A stretch of DNA of 64,000 nucleotides, taken from Escherichia phage phi G17. The stretch is from the sequence record NC_070870.1; one strand, given 5' to 3'. Positions 9,769 through 20,900 of this stretch are shown one piece after another. The translations under genes were made by a program, and so were the position numbers. The stretch's first letter is position 1. Every line of letters begins with the position of its first letter. The notes under the pieces were generated by a model. The model worked only from the letters and a program-made list of their open reading frames with translations, was not told where the DNA came from and did no database searches.

Positions 9769-12411
9769 ATGGGCTTATTCAGTGGGAAGACCAAAGTATA
9801 CGTAGCATCCTCTGTCTATAACATGGCAGGGGATATACAGAAACGTCCAAACTATATGAAGACTGTAGTCATAGGTAAGATTGTTGCTGATACAGGATTC
9901 ACTATGGCAGACACTATCTCCGATAGTTATCTGAATGGGCCAGGTATTCGTATGCGACTGTTCTCTAGCTGGAGTAAGAACCACTATGACTCAGTAGTTG
10001 GTATGGCAGGTTCTTCATTAGGTGTACTAGCTAAGATTGACCCTACTGTTATAGAGGGACAAATTACCCCACCTGCTGGAGAATCTGTATATGTTCAGGC
10101 AGCAGAGATTGGCTTTGCTGACTTTGAACAATGGTGTGACCAGTATCTTTATGAGAATGCCCCTAGTCGAATCATGGAACGATTCGACGTAGACATTGAC
10201 GAAGATACCAATGAAATTACTATGACCTCCTTAGATGGAGGTTCTACTATTACATTCACACCTGCTAACTTTGAACCAGGTGCTTTGTATCTCTATGCTG
10301 ATTACACATTCTATAAGTCTCCATCTACCAATCCACCGGTAGTAGGGCCGACTACTGTATATGATAATGAGGATGACTTACCGTCTACTTTATTGTGGAC
10401 TACCATTTCAAGTGATACGACTGCTAATACAACCAACCTTACTAAGACTATACAGACTCATTCTGTTTACTCTGATGGTAGGCCGGATGAAGACAGTACT
10501 GTTACTGAACCAAGTGTGGATAACTGGAACTCCTACGTTAAGGTTTATCGTAGAGGATTCACTGAGAAACCTGATGATGTAACTGTAGTTGTATCCGACA
10601 GGGTAATGACTCATACAAAGTTTGGTGAGATTCAAACCAGTACTGCTGTAACTACCAATGTTGTTGATTTAGGTGGGGGTGTTACCCGTACTGACACAAT
10701 CACTACAACTACAGAGACGCTGGTTCGTAAGTACTCATCCCAGACTACCCGTACTGATACTGAGATGACTGCTGTTGGTACACCTAAGATGCTTATCTAT
10801 AAGCAGAACTCTGGTAACGTTGCACTTGATTCACTGTTTGAGACTGAAGCTACCGATAACCGATTCTACCCATTCATTCCAATCAGGAATGATAAACAAT
10901 GGGTAGAGAATGACCCAATCTACCCATACTGTAAGAAGGCTCTCTTTAAAGCTACCGGTGGTAAAATCAATACAGTAATGACAGAGCTTAAGAAGAACGA
11001 TGACATAGATGATATTCAGTACATCTATGGTTCATTCGGAGTATCTCTTAATACTCCAGAGGATACTGCTAAGGAATACATCTACCGTTTCTTTCAGATG
11101 GCTACTGAAGCATTTCCACCTGACCCAACCTACCCTACATTGGAAGCAGTGATTGCAGGTTATCAGGCAGCAAATGATGCAGTTGATGAATATGTAGAAT
11201 GGTGGAACAGACAGGAAGGTCAGATTGTTGGAACACCTCCACCACTCCCGGAATACCCTGTCATACCTAAACGAGAGTTTAGGGTACATAGTAATAAGCA
11301 GTACAAGTACGACATGACTATTGGCTGGAACTATGTATCTGAAACTACTCATTCAGGTGAAGCATGGTCTGGTGCTAAGCAGGGACAACTTCGAGCCAGA
11401 TATGCAGGAGATATAACTCTTACTCGCAAGAACATACGTACAGGTGCTAACAACAAACTGGAAGTTACTACTACGTTTTACTCTATGCAGGAGTACGAGT
11501 TACTTTGGCAGGATGGTAATGACACTTACCGTAAACTTAGAGTACTGGGTCTAAATCACAATAACAGGGTATACAAAAATAAATCAGTAAGTATTGACGT
11601 TGCCGAAGCAATGGGTGATGCAGAAGAGAGTGGTTTCATTATTCCACTGCACACTAACATCTACCGTTCAATGTCACTGGTTCGTAGTACCCAATTGTCT
11701 ACTGCTTGCTCTTACTTAGTGATGAACTCATATAAGAAGGTTAAGCAGAAATGGTATACATCATCAGCCTTTAAGATTGTGGTTGTTGTAGTTGCTGTTG
11801 TTGTATCCGTATTCACTATGGGTGCTGGTGGTGCAGGTATTCTTGGGGCATATGGTGCAGTTGGTGCATCACTTGGTTTTGTTGGATTAGCTGCTGTAAT
11901 AGTGGGTGCTGTAGCAAACGCCATTGCTGCAATGATTCTGGTATCCATCATCACTAAAGTATCCACTTCACTGTTTGGTGATAAGCTGGGCTTTATTGTT
12001 GCAGCTATTGCTTCAATGGTGGCTATGAACGTTGGTACTGCTATGTCTACTGGAACATCCTTATCCACCTTAGCTGGTGAAATGATGAATGCCCAAAACA
12101 TCATGCAGCTTACTAGTTCAGTAGGTAATGGTATTAGTCAGTATATTAATGCATCCACGGCTGCTACTATTCAGAAAGCAGAGAGTGTAATGCAGCAGTA
12201 CAATACTGATATGATGGCAATCAATAAGCAGTATGAAGAAATGTTTGGTACTGCTGGTCAAGGTGTAATTGACCCTATGCAATTCGTGTCAATGGAGTCG
12301 ATGGATTCTTTCCTCTCACGTACTCTCATGACTGGTTCAGATATAGCTGACATGTCCCTTAACATGGTTGGAAGCTACTCTGATATGACTCTTAATACTG
12401 ACCTCGTTTAA
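9769..12411 (+). CDS. large internal virion protein with C-terminal multi-pass hydrophobic region (N4 gp53-like by position)
   Basis: 880 aa; C-terminal 150 aa is Gly/Ala/Val-rich with several predicted TM helices (VVVVAVVVSVFTMGAGGAGILGAYGAVGASLGFVGLAAVIVGAV); start overlaps previous stop. Confidence 0.5.
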   Translation: MGLFSGKTKVYVASSVYNMAGDIQKRPNYMKTVVIGKIVADTGFTMADTISDSYLNGPGIRMRLFSSWSKNHYDSVVGMAGSSLGVLAKIDPTVIEGQITPPAGESVYVQAAEIGFADFEQWCDQYLYENAPSRIMERFDVDIDEDTNEITMTSLDGGSTITFTPANFEPGALYLYADYTFYKSPSTNPPVVGPTTVYDNEDDLPSTLLWTTISSDTTANTTNLTKTIQTHSVYSDGRPDEDSTVTEPSVDNWNSYVKVYRRGFTEKPDDVTVVVSDRVMTHTKFGEIQTSTAVTTNVVDLGGGVTRTDTITTTTETLVRKYSSQTTRTDTEMTAVGTPKMLIYKQNSGNVALDSLFETEATDNRFYPFIPIRNDKQWVENDPIYPYCKKALFKATGGKINTVMTELKKNDDIDDIQYIYGSFGVSLNTPEDTAKEYIYRFFQMATEAFPPDPTYPTLEAVIAGYQAANDAVDEYVEWWNRQEGQIVGTPPPLPEYPVIPKREFRVHSNKQYKYDMTIGWNYVSETTHSGEAWSGAKQGQLRARYAGDITLTRKNIRTGANNKLEVTTTFYSMQEYELLWQDGNDTYRKLRVLGLNHNNRVYKNKSVSIDVAEAMGDAEESGFIIPLHTNIYRSMSLVRSTQLSTACSYLVMNSYKKVKQKWYTSSAFKIVVVVVAVVVSVFTMGAGGAGILGAYGAVGASLGFVGLAAVIVGAVANAIAAMILVSIITKVSTSLFGDKLGFIVAAIASMVAMNVGTAMSTGTSLSTLAGEMMNAQNIMQLTSSVGNGISQYINASTAATIQKAESVMQQYNTDMMAINKQYEEMFGTAGQGVIDPMQFVSMESMDSFLSRTLMTGSDIADMSLNMVGSYSDMTLNTDLV

Positions 12412-12424
12412 CAGGAGAATCCTC

Positions 12425-12868
12425 ATGGATTTGTCATTCTTAACAGGCAACCAAACCCCACAGCCAGCGGCTATGTCTTGGATGTCTAATAACAACCAGA
12501 ACTTTAATACCCCAGCTATGAGCTATAACCCAGGTGCAGCTATTGGTATGGGTGCAGATACAGGAGTAGCCTCCCCTACTTCTTTCTTGTCTGGTTCAGC
12601 TAATCAGTTGGGCATGAACGTACCTACCTTCCAACTAGGACTGGGTGCACTTGGTTCATTAGCTAATATCTATGGTGGTTTCCAGGCTAACAAGTTAGCC
12701 AAAGACCAGCTGAATTTTACTAAGAGTGTTACTAACACTAACCTGAATAATCAGATTAAGTCTTATAACACTGCACTGGAAGACCGTGCTCGTAGCCGTG
12801 CTACGGCAGAGAACCGTGACCAGACTTCGGCTGATGCGTACATTGCAGCTAATAAACTAACTCGTTAA
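12425..12868 (+). CDS. hypothetical virion protein
   Basis: 147 aa, Gly/Asn/Ala-rich; synteny with virion module. Confidence 0.4.
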   Translation: MDLSFLTGNQTPQPAAMSWMSNNNQNFNTPAMSYNPGAAIGMGADTGVASPTSFLSGSANQLGMNVPTFQLGLGALGSLANIYGGFQANKLAKDQLNFTKSVTNTNLNNQIKSYNTALEDRARSRATAENRDQTSADAYIAANKLTR

Positions 12869-12880
12869 TAGGAAACCATC

Positions 12881-14836
12881 ATGAGCCAGATAACATGGAG
12901 AAATGTTGATGCACCTAACTTCTCTGGAGTTGGTGACAGCATTCGCACATTTGGCAGCATGATTGGTAACGCTACCTCCGGCTTGAGTGATGCACTGGGT
13001 AATTTCCAGAACGCTGCCAAGCAGGAGGCCGGCAATGCCGTCATGATGAATGCTATGCAATACCAAGACCCGAATGAGTACCGTAATGCTTTAGCATCCG
13101 GTGCATTGTTTCAGGGGGTTGACCCTTCACTAGTAAACCAGCGTACTCTCCAGAATCTGGATGAACGTGCAGGTACATTACTGACTCAACAAGGACAGCA
13201 GGGAACCAATGACTACAATGCCTATCGCTTTGGTCGTTTACAGGATACTAACTCTGCATTAGATAATGCTTCCCCTGCTATTCGTTTGCTGTCTGAGGCT
13301 TATCAGTCCGGTGACCAGAGCCGTATTAATGCAGCATTGGGACAGACTCGTGAGGCACTGTCTGCTCTCCCTGCTGACCAGCAACTTGAGATGCTGGGTC
13401 GTCTGCAAGGGCAAGGTGGTCAGGCTATTGGTCAGGCACAGAACCGTTTTGATTTGGGTGTTGCTCAACGTAATGATGCTGATAGTCAGGCAGCTATGGG
13501 TGTAATGTCACAGATTACCCGTGGTGCTGAGAACCCTAATGATGCTCGTCTGTTGGCTGAAGCATACAGTAAGAACCTGTCTCCAGTTGCACAAGCACGT
13601 TTGCAGGGATTACTGGCTAGTGCTTACCCGGGTGTATACGGTAACGGTGTTGGTGCTGCTTCTGCACCAGGTACTGCTGGTACTCGTCAGGGTTCTCCTT
13701 ATGATGTTACTTACCAGTTTGCTGGTACATCCACTCCTATTACTCAAATGAGTATTGGTGATGTAATCAAACACCAGGAAGGTATGAAGACGAACCAAGG
13801 TGCTTCACCTGTTGGTGCATTCCAGATTAACCAAGCTACCCTACAAGACTTCGCTCCCAAAGTTCTTGGTTCAGATTGGCAAAGCCAGCCACTCTCTGCT
13901 GAGAACCAGGATAAGATTGGTAAGGCTATCTTCGAACAGCGTAAGAATGGCAACCTTAAAGATACTTGGGCTGCACTTCCTAATGCTGGTGTTGGTGCTT
14001 ATAAAGACATGACATGGGAAGAGATTAAACCAATCATTGCACAAGCAGAAGTTGGTGCTAATCCATTGGCTATGCGGCAGACTGCACAAGGCAACCAAGC
14101 CGTATCTACCTTGGCTCAAGGTATGATTGGTACTCGTTCTATGCAGGATAACACCGGCAGTCTTAACACTGACTTCCTTGGTACAGTCACTGATAATACC
14201 CCGGTAGGTGAGATTACTAACCGTCTGTTGGAAGGTGACTTTAAAGGTGCTGACCGTAACTGGGTACTGAACCGACTGACTGATATTTCTCAACGTGGGA
14301 ATATGTCACCAGCTATGGCTGCTGCTGTTATGCAACGTGCACAGACTGGCGTACCGGAGGGTTGGATTAGTCGTGCCATAGATGGGGTTAACCCATTCAT
14401 TACTAATGAAGCTGGTAATGGTATGCGTCTTAATGACCGTCAGGTAGAACAGTTAATTGAAGGTGTAAAACGAGGTGAACCACTGGAAGGTAGTGTACGT
14501 AACCTTGGACGTGCTCAAGCTGCACAGAGCATTCAGGCAGCACAGACTGCTTATGATGCTGCTGTAGCTGCACTGACTAATACCCAGAACAAGATTAACA
14601 CTGGACAGAGTGGTCTTACTGCACTGTTACCTGCACGACAGGAAGCTGTTACTAGAGCTGCTGCAATGCTCCAGGCTGCACAGGCACAAGTACAAGCTGA
14701 CCCAGCTAACCTGGCTCCAAGAGGTTTCCAGTCACAGTCTAGTGTGGACCGGGCACGAGCTAAGGAAGATGAAGAACGTGCTGCACGGTACTTACGTCAG
14801 GCACAAGGTTTACCTGAGTATATGCAACCTCGCTAA
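12881..14836 (+). CDS. virion protein with possible lytic-transglycosylase-like (SLT-like) segment
   Basis: 651 aa; segment HQEG...ASPVGAFQINQAT resembles SLT motif (E-S ... G-L-M-Q ... T) imperfectly; immediately upstream of vRNAP. Confidence 0.4.
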   Translation: MSQITWRNVDAPNFSGVGDSIRTFGSMIGNATSGLSDALGNFQNAAKQEAGNAVMMNAMQYQDPNEYRNALASGALFQGVDPSLVNQRTLQNLDERAGTLLTQQGQQGTNDYNAYRFGRLQDTNSALDNASPAIRLLSEAYQSGDQSRINAALGQTREALSALPADQQLEMLGRLQGQGGQAIGQAQNRFDLGVAQRNDADSQAAMGVMSQITRGAENPNDARLLAEAYSKNLSPVAQARLQGLLASAYPGVYGNGVGAASAPGTAGTRQGSPYDVTYQFAGTSTPITQMSIGDVIKHQEGMKTNQGASPVGAFQINQATLQDFAPKVLGSDWQSQPLSAENQDKIGKAIFEQRKNGNLKDTWAALPNAGVGAYKDMTWEEIKPIIAQAEVGANPLAMRQTAQGNQAVSTLAQGMIGTRSMQDNTGSLNTDFLGTVTDNTPVGEITNRLLEGDFKGADRNWVLNRLTDISQRGNMSPAMAAAVMQRAQTGVPEGWISRAIDGVNPFITNEAGNGMRLNDRQVEQLIEGVKRGEPLEGSVRNLGRAQAAQSIQAAQTAYDAAVAALTNTQNKINTGQSGLTALLPARQEAVTRAAAMLQAAQAQVQADPANLAPRGFQSQSSVDRARAKEDEERAARYLRQAQGLPEYMQPR

Positions 14837-14852
14837 AATACTTCATACTAAT

Positions 14853-14877
14853 AAAAGCCCTCCGGGGCTTTTTTCTT
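14853..14877 (+). terminator. rho-independent terminator
   Basis: AAAGCCC-TCCG-GGGCTTT hairpin followed by TTTTCTT. Confidence 0.65.
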
Positions 14878-14921
14878 ACACTGGCTTACTGTAGAGTAGG
14901 CTTCCTATATACGATATAAGT

Positions 14922-17900
14922 TTGAACAGGAAACATGCTATGTCAACATTTGACCGTCTGGCAGGTTTCGCAGACAGCATCACTAATGCTAAGCAAGTCG
15001 ATGTCTCTACTGCAACCTCTCAGAAGCAAGCTGCTCAAGGGCAAAGCCCTTTCCAATTAACCCCAGAGAATGCTTACAATCTCCAGACTGGACGAGTAGG
15101 TAATCTTGGAACTGGTGCATTCGAACCAGGTTCACTTCAGGCTGATTTCACTCAAGCCTCTCCATTAGAAATTATTAATAAGTACGGTAATGAGCAAGGT
15201 CTACAGATTCTTAATAGCCGAGCTAATGCTGCTGATGTTGTACGTCAGGACTTATCTAAACAGCGTACTAACGCAGAAGCATTTGGCGATACTCTTTCTG
15301 GTGTTGGTCTTGGTGTTGCTAATACCCTTGGGGGCATTGCTGCTCTTGGCACAGGTCTGGTCAATGATAATGCCGGGGCATCCATTGCTTCCGGGATGGA
15401 TTGGCTGAATGAAGGTGTACGCAATCTCCAGTCTGATGCACTGAACGCTAATCGTAATGTTGTTCAGAATCAGAACCAGATTACTGCACAAGAGAACCAG
15501 AAACTTTACGAACAAGATATTAAGAATGGGGAGAATGACTTAGTTGCCTCCTTGTCTCGCATTGGTCGTGACGCTTTTGATTCTGTTGCTAATACACTTG
15601 ATAATGGTATGGCTGCTTCCGATGGACTGAGTGAAGGCATTGGTTCCCTCTTTACCGGTGGCCCACTTATCCGTGGTGTATCTGCACTTGGTAAAGTAAT
15701 GGTAGGAGGTGATAAAGCTGTTAAGGGTATTACCTTAGCTGCTGAGTTAGGTTCACGTCCTGCACAGGTTGCACTGTCTGCCGGTCGTGTTGCTGCACCT
15801 GCTGTAGCAATCGGTGGTATGGAAGCTGGTGGTGCATACCAACAGACTGCTTCTGAAATCATGAAGATGTCCCATCAAGAATTGGCAAGTAAGTCTCCTG
15901 TTTACCAACAACATATTGCTGATGGTTTATCTCCTGATGAAGCACGTCGTCAGACTGCATCTGAAACAGGTATCACTGCTGCTGGCTTAACTGCTCCAGT
16001 TGCTGCTGCCACCGGTCCACTGGTATCTCGCTTTGAACTTAACCCACTTAAGGTAGGTTCACTGGCAGGTGCTGGTTCTAATATGCTGCGTGAAACAGTT
16101 GAAGAAGGTATTCAATCCGGCTTCGGACAGTTCGCACAGAACACTGCAATCAAGGAAAATGTTGATGCATCCCGTGATACCCTCAAAGGGGTCGGTGAAC
16201 AAGCAGGTCTGGGTGCACTCTATGGCTTCGGTAGTGCTGGAGTTGCTCAAGCTCCAGGTGCAACTGTTAAAGCTGCTGGTGCTGCCGTTGCTCCTGCTGT
16301 ACGTACTACCCTGGCTGGTGCTTCTCTGGTTGGTAATGCATTAGCAAAAGCTGCCTCCCCTATTACTAACATCTTGGTTCAACGTGGCGAAGAAGTTGCT
16401 AAGCGTAATGAACAAGCGTCCCCTGTAGCAGATGCTACGGTTAGTGCTGCTGCACAGGAAGCTACTGCTCAGTCAGAACAAGCACAAGCAACTGTACAGG
16501 AAGCAGTAGATGCAATGGACATTACTCCTGAAGAGAAAGCTGCTGCTACTCAATATGCTTCTGACTTAACACAGGCAATGAACTTTGACCCAGTAGAAAT
16601 AGAACAAGCTAATCCAGCAATCCGTGAAGCTGTTTCTGGTTCCACTAACCGTGTAGAAGCTATTCAGAAGATGGCTGACTTGGTTAATACTGCTGAAGAC
16701 CCTAACGTTCAAATGGAAGCTGCAATCCAGATGTATGACAATATTATGTCCATGGATAGCTTCATTAACCGTGACCCGGGTGCTCTGGCTAATCTGGAAC
16801 AAGGTTCTCCTGCTGCTGCAATCGTAGACCAGTTCTCTGGCTTGATGGCTAACGTACAGAATACACCGAAGGTACTTCGTGCATTCCGTGCTATCCATTC
16901 CATGATTCAGGAACAGGCTGAAGCAGGTAAACTGAAAGCTACTGAAGAAGCTAACCAAGCCCAAGCAAACAACATTGCTATGGCTGCTGATGTATCTCCA
17001 GAAGTGCTGGATGCTGATTCAGTGAACATGGTTCTGAAACACGCTAGCGAAGGTAAGATTACTCTGGGGAATCGTCAACGTGCTGCCCTGCAATCGGCTG
17101 CTGCTGTCTTACAGGGTGCACGCGAGTTCGACGCTAAAGCAGAAGAACTAGGCTTACGACCTCAAGACATTGTTAGTAAACAGATTAAGACCGACGAGTC
17201 TCGCTCTAATGAAGGCCAGTACTCTGCGTTGCAACATGCGAAACGCATTCGTTCTGCGTACAACTCTGGTAACTTCGATTTGGCCTCCGCTTATCTGAAC
17301 GACTTTATGCAGTTCGCCCAGCACATGCAGAATAAGGTCGGAGCGTTGAATGAGCATCTGGTTTCGGGGAATGCGGATAAGAATAAGTCTGTTCACTATC
17401 AGGCTCTCTCGCCTTCCCGTGAATGGGTACGTAGTCGTACTGGCCTCGGTGTCAATCCTTACGATACCAAGTCTGTTAAGTTTGCCCAGCAAGTAGGACT
17501 GGAAGCCAAGACCGTAGCTGATATTGCTAACGCACTTGCTACGGCTTACCCGGAGCTTAATGTTTCTCATGTGAATGTTACCTCGTTGGATTCACGTCTG
17601 GACAAGCCAGCTGCCCAGGTAGTTAAAGAGTTCCGTCAAGGTGGTCTTGATGCCACTCAGTCTCAACAGACTAATGAACCAGTGAATCAGGTTGATGAAA
17701 CTCCTGCACCAGTGCAAGAGACTGCCCCCACTGTACAGCCTAAAGCTGAGCCGGTGGTAGAAAATAAACCTGCTCCTACTAAGGATACTAGTTCAAAAAC
17801 AGAAGAAGTCTCTACTACTAAGTCTGAAACAGTGGATGCTACCCTCACTAATGAGGATACCACCCAGGAAGTAGCTGAAACTAAAACGGAAATGGAATCA

Positions 17901-20900
17901 GTGTTCCCTGTCTATAACAATGAAAAAACACCGAACCAGTTCCTGAAAGCATTTACTCTGCCGGAAGAACCTAAGTCCCGTACCATTGGTTCTGAATCTC
18001 CTTTGACTGATGTTAAGCAAGCACTGTCTTCTGCTGCTCGCTTTGAAGCATTCACTCAAAAAGAAAATAACGCTCTCACAGGTGATGTGATGAAACGTTA
18101 TCAGGACTTGATGGACTTTGGTGAAACACTGAAGACTACTTTGTCTGACCGTCTGGCTAAGTTCCTTGCTAACAAGAATGTTGGTAAACGTTTTGCAGAA
18201 GGTACTGAAGCTAACCGTTGGGTAGGTGGAAAACTGCTGAATATCGTTGAGCAAGATGGTGATACCTTTAAGTTCAATAACCAGTTGTTAGAGACTGCTG
18301 TACTTGCTGGTCTGCAATGGCGACTGACTGCTACGCAGAATGCTGCCGTTAAAGATATGAAAGACGTAGCTGCTATTACTGGTGTAGAAGCATCTCTGTT
18401 ACCAGAAGGTATTCTGGCTGAGTTTGAGAATGCTCAGACTCTGGTTGAAGCTACTAACTCACTGGCTCAAAAGATAGAATCCTATTGGGGTTTGAATCGT
18501 AATGCTAATGCACCACTGGGTTATACCAAAGGTATCCCAATGGCAATGGCTACAGAGATTCTGTCTTCCCTTATTGAGATGGGTGAAGTTAAAGAGTCTA
18601 TGCTGGATGTGTCTGAAATTGACCCAGCCTCTAATAAGACTGTTGGTCTGTATACCATTGAAAAGCTGGATGACAACGATGCTATTAACAAATTCCCTAC
18701 TGCTATTGAGGAAGCTGTCCTCTTAGAACCAGAAGAGAAAATGTACTTTGGTGATGACATTCCTTCCGTGGCTCAAACTCAGTTACGTAACCCTGCTGTT
18801 AAGAATACCCCTGAACAGAAAGCTGCACTGAAAGCTGAACAGGCTACTGAGTTCCGTGTACACATGCCGATGGTTAACTTCTATGAAGCAATGGGCCGTG
18901 AAAACATTCTGGAACTGATGGGTGCTGGTACTCTTAACCCTGAGCTACTGAACGTGAATACTGCTAAGTCACTGGAAGGTAAAAACCTATCCGTGTCTAT
19001 GGCATATGATTCTCTGTTCGGTGTTATCAGTCAGGTACGGGAACAAGAAGCAGGACTGGATACTCCTATCCATTATGGTTACAACATGACCCGTGTCGGT
19101 CGTATGCAGATGCTTGGCAAGAATAACCCACAATCCAGTAAACTGGTTCGTGAAGCAATTCTGCCAACCTTCTCTACTATCGACTTGAGTAATGAAAACA
19201 GCCAAACGTTCTCTGACTTCCAGTTAGGTCTGGCTCAGGCATTAGGTATCAAGGTACATAACATGTCCCGTGAAGCTATGTCTGAAAAGTTGACCAAGGC
19301 TCTGGAAGGTAATCTGAAACCTGCTGTTGATATGATGGTTGAGTTTGATAAGTCTGGTCACTTACCTACTGATGCAGTAGATATTCTGAAGACTTCTCTG
19401 GGTGGTGATAAATCCTTCGTAGCTCTCATGGCTCTGATGGAATATGCCCGTTACCTGAACAGTGACGACCGTGCCAACTTTAATACCCCACTGTACGTTG
19501 AAGCTGATGGTGTAACCAACGGCCCAATCAACGCAATGGTATTAATGACTGGTGGTAAGTTCACTCCAGACTGGATTAAGAACACTGCTAAAGGTGGTCT
19601 TTTCTTTGATAAAGCTGGTAAGACTATGAACGAACATCGTTCACAGGATGACAGTGTTGACTTGTATGAAGCATCTACCAATGGTCTGCAACAAGCACTG
19701 AATGAGTTACGTACTACTTACCGTAACAACGTTCCTGTTATGAACCAGATGAATCATCTCCAGAAGATAATGGACCTGTTCATTAAAGACTTTAACCTGA
19801 ATGAAGACGGTACTCTGGACCTGAAACGTGGTATCGCTAAGAACCCACTCACCATTACCATCTATGGTTCTGGTGCACGTGGTATTGCTGGCAAGATGGT
19901 TAGTGCAATTACTGATACCATCTATGAACGCTTCAGCGACGTTCTGCAAGCACGTGCTGCTGACCCTAGCATTTCCCCAGCTATGGCAATGTTTGGTAAG
20001 GAGGCTGCGTCTGAGGCCGATGCTCAGGCTATGCTGGATACTTTCCTTACTTCTATGGAAGCACTGACAGGTAATGTTCCAGTTATGCGTAAGGGTGAAT
20101 TGTCTATTCAGCAAGCAGAAGGTGCACTGACTGGTAAGTTAGACCCTCAGAAGTTTACTGTATCTGGCAATGCTCTGAAGAACTTACAAGAGAACATGCT
20201 CCACCTGTTCGTTGAACCAATGCGTACCGGTATCCAGAATACTGTTGGTGAAGGTCTGATGCACTCTACTGAGAACTTGCAGAAGGCTACCCAGATTCAA
20301 TCTCTGGTATTGCAGGATATGTTCCAACAAGCAGTACAGGCTAAGCTGGCAGAAAAAGAAAATGACCCAACCTGGAAGAAGGGTGATTTCTTAACTCAGA
20401 AAGAACTGAATGAAATCCAGGAATCATTATCTCCACTGGCCCCAATGATTGAGACTGGTTCACAGACTTTCTACATTGCTGGTAGTGAGAATACTGATGT
20501 TGCTAACCAAGTACTGGCTACCAACTTAGATGACCGTATGCGTGTGCCAATGAGCATCTATGCTCCTTCACAAGCAGGTGTTGCAGGTATTCCATTTATG
20601 ACCATCGGTACTGGTGATGGCATGATGATGCAGACTCTTTCTACTATGAAAGGTGCTCCGAAGAATACCCTGAAAATCTTTGATGGTATGAACATTGGTA
20701 TCAATGACATCACTGATGCAAGTCGTAAAGCAAATGAGGCTGTATACACTTCTTGGCAGGGGAACCCTATCAAGAATGTTTACGACTCCTACGCTAAGTT
20801 CATGAAGAATGTAGACTTCAGCAAACTGTCTGATGAAACTAAACAGGCTATCGCTAAGTCTGCTCTGGAATATGACCAGCGTGAAGGTGCTACAGATGAC

